This document shows, in pieces, positions 37,238 to 47,126 of a stretch of DNA of 64,000 nt (the stretch's first letter is position 1; every line of letters begins with the position of its first letter). The stretch spans positions 8,619 to 72,618 of the forward strand of contig JAYZFQ010000109.1 in the NCBI GenBank assembly GCA_036336695.1, given 5' to 3'. The stretch is from Myxococcota bacterium. GTDB lineage: Bacteria > Myxococcota_A > UBA9160 > SMWR01. The notes below the pieces were generated by a model. That model saw nothing but the letters and a program-made list of their open reading frames with translations. It was not told where the DNA came from and did not search any database. Position numbers and translations under genes: made by a program.

Positions 37238-38427
37238 ACGTCGACGACTTCGCAAGCGACGTCCTCGCGCCGCAACAGCTGCTGGTGTGCGTCGGCTGCG
37301 GCGGCGTCGGGAAGACGACCCTCGCGGCAACCCTTGCCCTCGAGGCCGCGCGGCGGGGGCGGCGCGCGCTCGTGCTGAGCATCGATCCGGCCCGCCGGCT
37401 GGCGGACGCCCTCGGGATCGACTCCCTGGACAACACGCCGTGCCCGCTCCCCCGCGAACAGCTGCTCGAACTCGGCATCCCCGATGGGGGAAGCCTTTCC
37501 GCCGTGATGCTCGACATGAAGCGCACCTTCGACGGACTCGTGGAGCGATTCGCCGAGAGTCCCGAGGCGCGGGACCGGATTCTCGGCAACGCGATCTACC
37601 AGAACGTTTCCGAAGCCCTTTCGGGCAGCGTGGAATACTCGGCCATGGAAAAGGTCTACGAACTCTGGGAAACGGGAGAGCACGACCTCATCGTCGTCGA
37701 CACACCGCCGGCCCAGCATGCCCTCGACTTCCTCGATGCCCCCCAGCGCCTGATCGATTTCCTGGAGAGCCGCATCGTCCAGGTGCTGATCCACCCCGCC
37801 TTCGCGGCCAGCCGTTTCGGCTTTCGCGTCTTCCAGCAGGGCACGCGGCGCGTGATCCAGGTGCTCGAACGCGTCTCGGGGCTTTCGTTCCTGGAAGACG
37901 TGTCCGAGTTCCTCCTCGCCTTCGAGGGCATGTCCGCGGGCTTCCGGCAGCGTGCCCGGGATGTGCGTCGGCTCCTGCTCGGCCCGCAGTCGCGATTCGT
38001 ACTGGTGACGGGAGCCAGTCGCGTTTCCCTGCGCCAGGCGCGCGAACTCCAGGCGCGGCTCCAGGAAAATGGCGTCGCCCTGGCGGGGGTGCTCGCCAAC
38101 CGCATGCACCGCTGGCCCGACGGCCAGCAGGCGCCGCCCCCGGCAGGGGCTCTCGGAACCGAAGCAGACATCTCGGCCCTCGCCGCCGCGCTCGTCGCCT
38201 CCGAGGGCGCCGACTTTCCGGGCCACGAAGCCGCCCGAGCAGCGGTTGCCGCGGCGACGGATTACGCTGCCTTGGTGCACCGCGACGCCCGGGCCACGGA
38301 AGAGTTGCGCCAGGCAGCCCGGTCGGACGGGAGTTTCTGGGCAGGCGTCCCGGAGCTTCCCGAGGCCGTGCACGAGCTCGCGGGGCTGGCGCGGATCGCG
38401 GACGAGATCTTCGGAGCACGGCGGTGA
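37234..38427 (+). CDS. ArsA/Get3-family ATPase, second of a pair
   Basis: GCGGVGKTT, IDPARRLADALG, EYSAMEK, VDTPP...ALDFLDAP; GTGA overlap. Confidence 0.88.
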   Translation: MNVDDFASDVLAPQQLLVCVGCGGVGKTTLAATLALEAARRGRRALVLSIDPARRLADALGIDSLDNTPCPLPREQLLELGIPDGGSLSAVMLDMKRTFDGLVERFAESPEARDRILGNAIYQNVSEALSGSVEYSAMEKVYELWETGEHDLIVVDTPPAQHALDFLDAPQRLIDFLESRIVQVLIHPAFAASRFGFRVFQQGTRRVIQVLERVSGLSFLEDVSEFLLAFEGMSAGFRQRARDVRRLLLGPQSRFVLVTGASRVSLRQARELQARLQENGVALAGVLANRMHRWPDGQQAPPPAGALGTEADISALAAALVASEGADFPGHEAARAAVAAATDYAALVHRDARATEELRQAARSDGSFWAGVPELPEAVHELAGLARIADEIFGARR

Positions 38428-38918
38428 CCGGCGCAGACGACGCAACATCGGCACGGCGAGCAGATCCGCCGCCCGACGCCCGGGCAGCGCTCGCCCGCGC
38501 CGGCACCCACGGACGCCGGGCCGCGGCAGAAGCCCTCGCCGCACTCGGTGCACTCCTCGATGCCGCAGCGCTCGCGGGCGTGGGAAAGCCCGCAGCGGCG
38601 CACCCCTGGCTCGGGCCCCTGGCCGAGATGTTGACGCACCTCGCCGACTTTCTTGGATCCAGCCGGGACCCGGCAGCGGAGCCGCTGGTGGAAGCCATCG
38701 CCCGAGCGCTCGACGCGGAAATCGAGCGCTGGGAGCACCGGGCGAGAAACGACGCCGACGCCCGCGCCGTCCTGCGCGCGTTCCTGGGCTTGCGCGAGTT
38801 GCTCTGGGAAGCGGGGATCCGACGGCCGCCCCCGACCGCGCGAACCCGCCCCGCCCAGGGAACGGCAGGGCACCGACGTCCGACCCGCGCGACGGCACCC
38901 AGCACCACCGAGGGCTGA
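38424..38918 (+). CDS. Hypothetical helical protein
   Basis: GTGA-coupled to the second ATPase; ALDAEIERWE...RAVLRAFLGLRELLWE. Confidence 0.6.
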   Translation: MTGADDATSARRADPPPDARAALARAGTHGRRAAAEALAALGALLDAAALAGVGKPAAAHPWLGPLAEMLTHLADFLGSSRDPAAEPLVEAIARALDAEIERWEHRARNDADARAVLRAFLGLRELLWEAGIRRPPPTARTRPAQGTAGHRRPTRATAPSTTEG

Positions 38919-38994
38919 CCGGGTTCCCCGAGCTTCGCTAGGGTGGCAGTGAAACGACGCAGTGCGTCGTCGCCGGAAGAGAGGCGGCAACTCC

Positions 38995-39579
38995 ATGACC
39001 GTGCTCATCAAGCGCTACGCCAATCGGAAGCTCTACAACACGGAAACGAGCCGTTACATCACCCTCAAGGGGATTTCCGAGCTGATGGAGGAGGGCCGCG
39101 AGGTCCGCGTCATCGACAACGAAAGCGGCGAGGACATCACCAACGTCGCGCTCTCGCAGATCCTCGTGGACAGCGAACGGCGCGGCGACGAGATCCCGAA
39201 ATCCCTGCTGTCCGATCTCTTCCAGCGCGGAGGCGACGCCCTGTACGGGGCCCTACGGCGCGGCGTGGGGGAGGCGACCGACGGACTGGACGAGTTTCGG
39301 GACAACCTCCGGAAGATGGTCACCCCCAAGGACGGGGAACGCATCGGCGACTGGATCGCCCTCGCTACCCCGGATTTCGACCGGATCGTGCACGACGCCG
39401 TGGAGCGCGTGTTCAAGGTGCTCGACCTGCCGCGGCGCTCGGACATCGACGCCCTGAACCGGAACCTGGAGCGCGTGGCGGACGCCGTGGACCGACTCGA
39501 ATCCACCCGGCGCCAGTCCGGGGACGACGCCGGCGGCGAGGCAGGCGATCGCGAACGGTTTCACTCCCAGACCGACTGA
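38995..39579 (+). CDS. PhaR-type PHA-accumulation regulator DNA-binding domain with a phasin-like C-terminal segment
   Basis: IKRYANRKLYNTETSRYITL, GEDIT..LSQI; C-terminal LDLPRRSDIDALNRNLERV. Confidence 0.85.
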   Translation: MTVLIKRYANRKLYNTETSRYITLKGISELMEEGREVRVIDNESGEDITNVALSQILVDSERRGDEIPKSLLSDLFQRGGDALYGALRRGVGEATDGLDEFRDNLRKMVTPKDGERIGDWIALATPDFDRIVHDAVERVFKVLDLPRRSDIDALNRNLERVADAVDRLESTRRQSGDDAGGEAGDRERFHSQTD

Positions 39580-40574
39580 CGGTCTCCCAGCGCGCGATCG
39601 ACCCGCTCCTGGACGCGCACCCGGAGTTCCTCGGTGAGGCGCGAGACCAACCGGTCATCCTGCGCCGCATCCGGCGGCAGGTCGTCCAGTGCCAGGGGTT
39701 CCCCGATCCGGATGCCCCACTTGGTCGGCAACGGGACCAACCCAAACGGACCGAGCAGGGGAAACGTCAGGGTCACCGGCAGATACGAGAGGCCGACCGC
39801 GCGGGCGGGACGGTGGGCCTTGAAGAGCACGGGGTGCGCCTCCTCCGCACCCACGATCCCGACGGGCAGCAACGGCAGCCCGGTTTCGAGCGCCAACCGG
39901 ACCACGCCACCCCGCGAGAACCGCTGCAACCGGTACCGGTCACGGAAGAGCTTGGTGGCTCCCCGAACGCCTTCCGGAAATGCGATCACCCGCCTGCCGG
40001 CGCGAAGCAGGCGCAGCGTGTTTTCCGTGCACGCGCGCACCCCGCCCAGGCGGGCAAGTCGCGGCTGCACGAAGGGCAGCCCGGCGACGCGATCGTCGAC
40101 CAGGAAGGCCGGACGGGTGCGGCTCGGTTCGAAACGAGCGATGGCGTGGGAAAGCATCAGTCCGTCATAGGGCACCACCCCCGAGCGGTTCGCCGCCAGC
40201 AGGCAGCCTCCCGTCGGAGGAAGACGATCGAGTCCGTGGACCGCGACCCGCCACCAGGTGTCGAACAGCCCGTCGAGGACCGGACCGGCGCGGTGCAGCG
40301 CCGCCTCGTCCATGCCGAATTCATCCACCACGGCGGATTGCTCGCGCATCCCGAGCGTCGCGAGCCGCTCGCGCAACTCGGCGGCCAGCGCTACCAGCAC
40401 CGCACCGCGACCCGGGGTTTCGACGGTTGCTTCCGGGGTGCCGGCACGTGTCCCGTACCGCCGTGAAGAGGCGGGAAAGCGGCAGCGGATCTCGTCCCGC
40501 AGCGACTCGAGGGCCGCTTCGAGTTCCACGAATTCGTCTTGCTTCGTGTCCTGCATGACTTCCAGAGCGTTCAA
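39561..40574 (-). CDS. Lysophospholipid acyltransferase-family protein with catalytic His replaced
   Basis: VDEFG.D, ANRSGVVPYD, FPEG..G..K.F..RYRLQRF, PVGIVGAEE; TTG start overlaps the upstream stop (alternative ATG 40556). Confidence 0.85.
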   Translation of the reverse strand: MNALEVMQDTKQDEFVELEAALESLRDEIRCRFPASSRRYGTRAGTPEATVETPGRGAVLVALAAELRERLATLGMREQSAVVDEFGMDEAALHRAGPVLDGLFDTWWRVAVHGLDRLPPTGGCLLAANRSGVVPYDGLMLSHAIARFEPSRTRPAFLVDDRVAGLPFVQPRLARLGGVRACTENTLRLLRAGRRVIAFPEGVRGATKLFRDRYRLQRFSRGGVVRLALETGLPLLPVGIVGAEEAHPVLFKAHRPARAVGLSYLPVTLTFPLLGPFGLVPLPTKWGIRIGEPLALDDLPPDAAQDDRLVSRLTEELRVRVQERVDRALGDRQSVWE

Positions 40575-41536
40575 GCGTAATGCCGCATGCGCAGCGCCGA
40601 AACCGCCGAAATCCAGGCTTCCTTCGCGCTGTAGCTCGGCTCTCCGAACGCTTCCCAGCCCCGCTCCCCGTCGTCGACCCAGAGGTACCGCAGGTAGTCG
40701 AAGAAACCCGCCGGCGCGTCTCCGGTCTGGGCGCGCGCCGGCGCGGCAGAAGCCCGGTACAGCAAGGGCGTCGGAAGCGGCACCCGTCGACGCCCGGCAA
40801 GACGGAGCGCCATGGACAGCGGCAACACGCCCCGGCCGACCACGTTGAAGACTCCCGGATGGGGCGCGAGCGTTGCACGCTCGAAGGCGTGGATCACATC
40901 GTCCTCGTGCACGAACTGGAGCAGCGGGTCGAAACCCATCACGGTGGGAACCACCGGAAGGGTCAAGTAACGCACGCCACCGTCACGATGGCGCGGACCG
41001 AGCATCCAGCACGGACGCAGCACGGTCACCTCCGCGTCCGGGTGGGAGCGCAGCCAGCCCTGCAGGTCCGACTCCACCTCGACCCGGTTCTGCACGCAAT
41101 GGGCATCCGGGTGACCGCGGAGCGGGTGGTCCTCGGTGAGAAAGTTCGGATTGTCGCGACGCGGCCCATAGACCATGGTGCTCGACGCCAGGACGATGCG
41201 ACGAACCCTGGCGGCGGCGCACGCCGTCATCACATTCCGGGAACCGATGGTTTCCAACTCGTAGTCGAGTTCGGTATCGGGCGTCGGATCCGAGCGGAAG
41301 GCACAGTGAACCAGGGCCTCGACCCGCTCCTCCTCGAGCAGCGCAGCGATCTGCGCATCGGCCGTCGGCGCGACCAGGTCGATGCGACGAAAGGTCACCC
41401 GCTCGTCGAGCCGGTAGGGTCGCCGTCGGTCGAGCCCGATGAGCCGGCGAGCGCCGTCGCCCAGGAGCCGCTCGACGAGCCGCTTCCCGACATGGGTTCT
41501 GAGACCCGTCACCGCGATGACGCCCGGACCGTTCAC
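40571..41536 (-). CDS. NAD-dependent epimerase/dehydratase-family protein with degenerate motifs
   Basis: IAVTGLRTHVG, SSTMVYGPRRDNP, GFDPLLQFVHEDD, GVFNV; start uncertain. Confidence 0.82.
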   Translation of the reverse strand: MNGPGVIAVTGLRTHVGKRLVERLLGDGARRLIGLDRRRPYRLDERVTFRRIDLVAPTADAQIAALLEEERVEALVHCAFRSDPTPDTELDYELETIGSRNVMTACAAARVRRIVLASSTMVYGPRRDNPNFLTEDHPLRGHPDAHCVQNRVEVESDLQGWLRSHPDAEVTVLRPCWMLGPRHRDGGVRYLTLPVVPTVMGFDPLLQFVHEDDVIHAFERATLAPHPGVFNVVGRGVLPLSMALRLAGRRRVPLPTPLLYRASAAPARAQTGDAPAGFFDYLRYLWVDDGERGWEAFGEPSYSAKEAWISAVSALRMRHYA

Positions 41537-41666
41537 CCTGCTTCTCTCCCGGACCCGCTGCGTTCCCGGGCCGTTCCGTCGCTTCCCATCGTCGGGGATG
41601 GGCAACGTAGGGGCAACCGGCGGCACGGGGAACTCCCGCGCCGCGGCGTCGGTTACCCTGGGCCCG

Positions 41667-42722
<1,056 letters not shown>

Positions 42723-42949
42723 ACACCACGAATCTGGGCGCTCTGGGCCTGCCTTCCCGGGCAACCGGCGCCTCCCCAAGCGGGCCGAAGGGGACCGGGC
42801 CCGGTACGTCGGCTCGGGGTCCGCGTCTGTTCGCCCGGTTTTCGTCCCCGCATCTAGTACGCGTAACTACCTGATACCGCTAGATAGTGGGTGCTCGTCA
42901 CCGAACCCGAAAAAAGATGCCCCGGCGCAAAAAAACCCCGCCTTTTTGG

Positions 42950-43011
42950 TTGCAAGGTGGGGCACAGTGGCTTATAAGGGCGATCGGTGGGGATGAGTGG
43001 GAAATAGTGGC
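42950..43011 (+). promoter_or_regulatory. dcw promoter with MraZ-binding GTGG[G/C] repeats
   Basis: TTGCAA-17 nt-TATAAG (42950-42978); GTGG[G/C] at 42957, 42967, 42987, 42997 and 43007, all in 10-bp phase. Confidence 0.8.
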
Positions 43012-43052
43012 AAGCACCTCTCCCGCCGAGCGCACGGAGCGCCAACCCACCG

Positions 43053-43496
43053 ATGTTTCGAGGACGTCACGTCCACACGATTGATGCGAAGGGCCGCGTG
43101 AGCATTCCCGCAGCATATCGAACCAAGCTCCAGGGCAGCACGGACGAAAGCCCGGTGCTCACGGCCGACCACCGCTGCCTCAAGCTCTATCCCTTCGAGG
43201 ACTGGTGCACCTACGAGGAAAGCATCGTGGCCAAGGCCGCGGTGGACCCGGATGCCCAGGACTTCGTCCGGCTCGTGATGTCGCGGGCGGGGGAAGCGCC
43301 CATCGACAAACAGGGACGCATCCTCGTTCCCCAGTATCTCCGCGAACACGCCCACATCGAAAAGGACGTGACCTTCGCGGGCGTCGGCCACACGGTCGAA
43401 ATCTGGAACACGTCGAGGTTCGAAGAGAGCCTCGAGCAGACGCAGGTCAACTTCCCCGCCCTCTCGCGAGGCATGGCGGAGAAGTTGCGAACGTAG
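43053..43496 (+). CDS. mraZ: Division/cell-wall cluster transcriptional repressor
   Basis: DAKGRVSIP and DKQGRILVP repeats. Confidence 0.96.
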   Translation: MFRGRHVHTIDAKGRVSIPAAYRTKLQGSTDESPVLTADHRCLKLYPFEDWCTYEESIVAKAAVDPDAQDFVRLVMSRAGEAPIDKQGRILVPQYLREHAHIEKDVTFAGVGHTVEIWNTSRFEESLEQTQVNFPALSRGMAEKLRT

Positions 43497-43505
43497 GATT
43501 CGGGT

Positions 43506-43673
43506 GAGAGGTTGAGGAGGAGCCGCGAGGCTCTTCCGGACGAAAAAGGTCAGGGGTGTCCCCGGAGCACTGCTCGCGGCGAGCGGGGCGTTACTGGGGG
43601 GGACAAACCGCTCCCGGGAGATTCGGTGCTCCGGGGCACCCCAGACCTTCTCGTCAGATCGCCTCTCTCTTTT
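43506..43673 (+). ncRNA. Candidate structured cis-regulatory RNA between mraZ and rsmH
   Basis: GNRA-capped hairpin 43516-43537; long imperfect stem 43539-43572 / 43624-43655; closing GAGAGG/CCTCTC pair followed by a pyrimidine tract. Confidence 0.55.
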
Positions 43674-43711
43674 GCGCCCGTCCGAAGGGCTGGCGGGAGG
43701 CGCTCGCTCCA

Positions 43712-44671
43712 TTGGCCAGCCACTACTCCCATCGCCCCGTGCTCCTCTCCGAATCCGTGGCATGCCTGGACCCGCGATCCGACGACGTGATCGTCGACGG
43801 GACGGTCGGCGGCGGGGGTCATGCCGCTGCGATCCTCGAGCGGATCGGTCCGCACGGCTGCGTGGTGGCACTCGACCGGGACCCCGAGGCACTCGAAGCC
43901 GCCCGCTCCCACCTCGCCGAATACGGGGAGCGCGTGCGCTTCGTCCACGCCTCGTTCCGGCGGCTTTCCGCCGTGCTCGAGGAGCTGGACGTCCCGCGGG
44001 TAGACGGCGTCCTGCTCGACCTCGGCGTGTCCTCTCCCCAGCTGGATCGTGCCGAGCGGGGCTTCGCCTTCGCCGCAGAAGGCGCCGGCACCGCCCCCCT
44101 CGACATGCGGATGGACCCGACGGCGGGCGAAACCGCCGCGGACCTCCTCGCCCGCCTCTCGGGCGAGGAGCTGGAACAGTCCTTTCGGGCGTTCGCCGAG
44201 CTGCCGGGCTCCCGACGCCTGGCTGCCGCAATCGTCGATGCCCGGGCAAAAGCGCCGCTGCGCACCACGTCCGACCTGCTGGCGGTCATCGAAGGCTCCG
44301 GCGTGGGGCGCGGACGCCGTCACCACCCGGCAACGCTCGTGTTCCAGGCCCTCCGGATCGCGGTGAACGACGAGCTGGCCGCCCTCCGAGACGGGATCGG
44401 CGCTGCTATCGACGCGCTGCGCCCGGGCCGCCGGGTCGCGGTCCTGGCCTACCACTCGCTCGAAGATCGGATCGTCAAGCGCACCTTCCGCGACGAGGTC
44501 CGCGGCTGTCTCTGCCCGCCCGCGCAGCCCGTCTGCACGTGCGGCCGCCAACCGCGACTCGAACTCGTGACCCGGCGACCGCTGCGGCCCCGCGACGACG
44601 AGGTCGCTTCGAACCGGCGCGCTCGTTCGGCACGCCTGCGCGCGGCCGCGCGGCTGGCGGAGGCATCGTGA
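43712..44671 (+). CDS. rsmH: 16S rRNA m4C1402 methyltransferase
   Basis: HRPVL, DGTVGGGGH, DLGVSSPQLD, PLDMRMD, FQALRIAVNDEL, HSLEDRIVK; TTG start after GGAGG. Confidence 0.95.
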   Translation: MASHYSHRPVLLSESVACLDPRSDDVIVDGTVGGGGHAAAILERIGPHGCVVALDRDPEALEAARSHLAEYGERVRFVHASFRRLSAVLEELDVPRVDGVLLDLGVSSPQLDRAERGFAFAAEGAGTAPLDMRMDPTAGETAADLLARLSGEELEQSFRAFAELPGSRRLAAAIVDARAKAPLRTTSDLLAVIEGSGVGRGRRHHPATLVFQALRIAVNDELAALRDGIGAAIDALRPGRRVAVLAYHSLEDRIVKRTFRDEVRGCLCPPAQPVCTCGRQPRLELVTRRPLRPRDDEVASNRRARSARLRAAARLAEAS

Positions 44672-45018
44672 AGCGCAGCGTGGCAACCGCCACCGGCCGA
44701 CTCGACCTGGTGGGAAGGGATCTCGGACGGACCGAGCGAACCCCGCGACCCGCACGGCGAAGGGTCACGCTGTTGTTCACCGTCGCAATGGCGGCCGCGC
44801 TCGCCGTCGCGGCGCTGCGCATCGACCTGATCCGCATCCGCTACGGGCTCGCAAAGGCGGTTCACACGGAAAAGGCCCTGCTCCAGGAGCGCCGGGAAAT
44901 CGTCGCGCGGGTCCGCGCGTTGCGGGACCCCGTACGGCTCAGCGAGCTCGCTCGTCGCCAAGGCTTCGTTCGGCCGAGCCACATCCAGGCCATCCCCCCG
45001 ATCGAGACGCGTCCATGA
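44668..45018 (+). CDS. ftsL: Cell division protein FtsL-like
   Basis: Between rsmH and ftsI; TM, coiled coil, LRDPVRLSELARRQGF..P. Confidence 0.75.
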   Translation: MKRSVATATGRLDLVGRDLGRTERTPRPARRRVTLLFTVAMAAALAVAALRIDLIRIRYGLAKAVHTEKALLQERREIVARVRALRDPVRLSELARRQGFVRPSHIQAIPPIETRP

Positions 45019-47126
45019 GGCGAACGGGCGCCCGCGGCGCGTCCGGCCGACGCGCAAAACGGGGCGCTCGAACCACGTCCAACCCGCGTGCGAAACGGGA
45101 CGCTCGAACCACGTCCAGTCCGCGTGCGACCCAGGAACGCAGGGTCCGCACTCGCGTCACCCTGATCCAGTTGGCGCTGGTTGCGGCCTTCCTGGGCCTC
45201 GCTGCGCGCGCGGCGCAACTCTCGGTCTTCGACGAACGCGGCGGCGCACGCGGGATCGCGCAGATCGAAACCGTGATGTCCCTCTCTCCGGAGCGCGGCG
45301 GCATCTTCGACCGCGGTGGCAACGAACTCGCGCTCGCAGTTGCCGCCCCGTCGGCCTACGCGATCCCCGGAGCCCTCGAAGACCGCGGCGCGGCCGCCCG
45401 AAAACTCGCAGGCGCCCTGGACATCGACCCCCAGCGCGTCGCGAACCGCCTGCGCGGACGGGACCGCTTCGTCTTCCTCGCGCGCTGGATCACTTCCGAG
45501 CAGGCCGAGCGCGTCCGCGCGCTCGATCTCCCGGGCGTCGGCATCGTCACGGAGAGCCGCCGCTCCTATCCGACCGGCCCCCTGGCCGCGCATCTCGTCG
45601 GGTTTGCCAACATCGACGGCGATGGCGTGCGCGGCATCGAGCAGGCGGAAAACGCCTGGCTCCGCGGCACCCCCCGGCGCCTCCCCGTGGAGCGCGACGG
45701 TTCGGGACAACTCCTGGTAAACCAGGGGGGCAAAGACTGGAGCACGGCTGGCGGCGACGTCGCCTTGACGCTCGACGTCGCCATGCAGTCCGCCGCGATG
45801 GCGGCCCTCGCCGATGCGATCGCGCGCACAGGAGCCCGCTCGGGTGTCGTGGTCTCGCTCGACCCGCGCACCGGAGACGTCCTCGCGCTCGCCGAAGCGC
45901 CCTCTTTCGACCCGAACCACTTTCGGAAGCTGCGCTTCTCCGACACCCGCTCCCGTGCATTCCTCGATGCACTCGAGCCCGGCTCGACCTTCAAGGCGTT
46001 CCTGGTCGCCGCGGCGCTCGAACACAGCACGGTCACGCCGGAAGAGCTGATCGACTGCGAGCAGGGAACCTTTCGCGTTCCGGGCAAGACGATTACGGAC
46101 CACCACCCCTACGGCGAACTCTCGCCGGGCGGCATCCTCCGGGTGTCCAGCAACATCGGCGCCGTCAAGCTCGCCTTCGCACTGGGTCCCCGGAATCACC
46201 TGGCAATGCTCCGCCGCTTCGGTTTCGGTGCACCGACCGGCAGCGGCTTCCCCGACGAATCGGCGGGGGTTCTGCGCACGATCTCCCGCAATCGCCCTGT
46301 CGACCACGCGACACTCGCGTTCGGACAAGGCACGGGGGCGACGCCCGTGCAACTCGCCGCGGCGATGGCCGTGCTGGCCAACGACGGCCTCTGGCAGCAA
46401 CCACGCCTCGTAAAAGCCCGCCGCGCCAACGGGCAACCGTGGCAGAAGACACAGATCGCACCGGGCCGGCGCGTTCTCACCGTTGAAACGGCGCGGACTG
46501 TGCTCGCGATGCTCGAAGACGTCACGGGACCGGAGGGAACCGGAAGGCGTGCGGGTCTGCGCGACCTGCGCGTCGCCGGCAAGACCGGAACGGCACAAAA
46601 ATGGGATGCCGATGCGGGGCGTTACTCCGAGGACCGCTTCATCTCGTGGTTCGTCGGCGCCGTTCCCGCCGAGGCTCCGAGACTGGCGATCGTGGTGGCC
46701 CTCGATGAGCCGCGGCGTCCTCTCCACACGGGCGGAAGCTCTGCGGCGCCTGTCTTCGCGCGGGTCGCCGCGGAACAGCTGGCGCGTTTCGGCATCGTGA
46801 CCGAACCAAAGACCACGCCGCGCAGGAAGCTTCCGGAAACAAGAATCGCACGTGCCGCAACCGAACCGCCGAAGCCCAGGCCGGTGCGAACGCACGCCCC
46901 AAGCAAACCGGTCCCCGAAGTCACGCGCCTGCTCGACCGCGTTCTGCTCCCCGACCTTCGGGGCCTGACCGTAGACCAGGTGAGGACGGTCACGGCAAAG
47001 ACCGAACTCATGGTGCACATCTCGGGCAAGGGCCGCGCGGTGGCCCAGGACCCGCCGCCGGGGACCGTCATCTCGGATCGCGCGCCGGTGAGCGTGCGCT
47101 TCGAGCCGGGAGCCGATTCGATCTGA
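45015..47126 (+). CDS. ftsI: Class B penicillin-binding protein with PASTA domain
   Basis: RGGIFDRGG, EPGSTFK, SSN, KTGTAQK; C-terminal LPDLRGL...QDPPPG. Confidence 0.95.
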   Translation: MRRTGARGASGRRAKRGARTTSNPRAKRDARTTSSPRATQERRVRTRVTLIQLALVAAFLGLAARAAQLSVFDERGGARGIAQIETVMSLSPERGGIFDRGGNELALAVAAPSAYAIPGALEDRGAAARKLAGALDIDPQRVANRLRGRDRFVFLARWITSEQAERVRALDLPGVGIVTESRRSYPTGPLAAHLVGFANIDGDGVRGIEQAENAWLRGTPRRLPVERDGSGQLLVNQGGKDWSTAGGDVALTLDVAMQSAAMAALADAIARTGARSGVVVSLDPRTGDVLALAEAPSFDPNHFRKLRFSDTRSRAFLDALEPGSTFKAFLVAAALEHSTVTPEELIDCEQGTFRVPGKTITDHHPYGELSPGGILRVSSNIGAVKLAFALGPRNHLAMLRRFGFGAPTGSGFPDESAGVLRTISRNRPVDHATLAFGQGTGATPVQLAAAMAVLANDGLWQQPRLVKARRANGQPWQKTQIAPGRRVLTVETARTVLAMLEDVTGPEGTGRRAGLRDLRVAGKTGTAQKWDADAGRYSEDRFISWFVGAVPAEAPRLAIVVALDEPRRPLHTGGSSAAPVFARVAAEQLARFGIVTEPKTTPRRKLPETRIARAATEPPKPRPVRTHAPSKPVPEVTRLLDRVLLPDLRGLTVDQVRTVTAKTELMVHISGKGRAVAQDPPPGTVISDRAPVSVRFEPGADSI
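45051..45122 (+). repeat. Two 36-bp in-frame repeats in the FtsI cytoplasmic tail
   Basis: Encode RAKRGARTTSNP and RAKRDARTTSSP. Confidence 0.85.

Noticed and set aside
36260..38427. Arsenic-resistance arsA
   Set aside because: No arsB/acr3/arsC/arsR/arsD nearby; motifs fit the split Rv3679/Rv3680-like class better.
42850..42895. NrdR-box-like or dif-like AT-rich motif upstream of mraZ
   Set aside because: Too degenerate to match either consensus, and no nrd genes nearby.
43556..43711. N-terminal extension of RsmH shown in the ORF track
   Set aside because: RsmH homology starts at HRPVL, a GGAGG precedes TTG 43712, and the upstream sequence is better explained as structured RNA.
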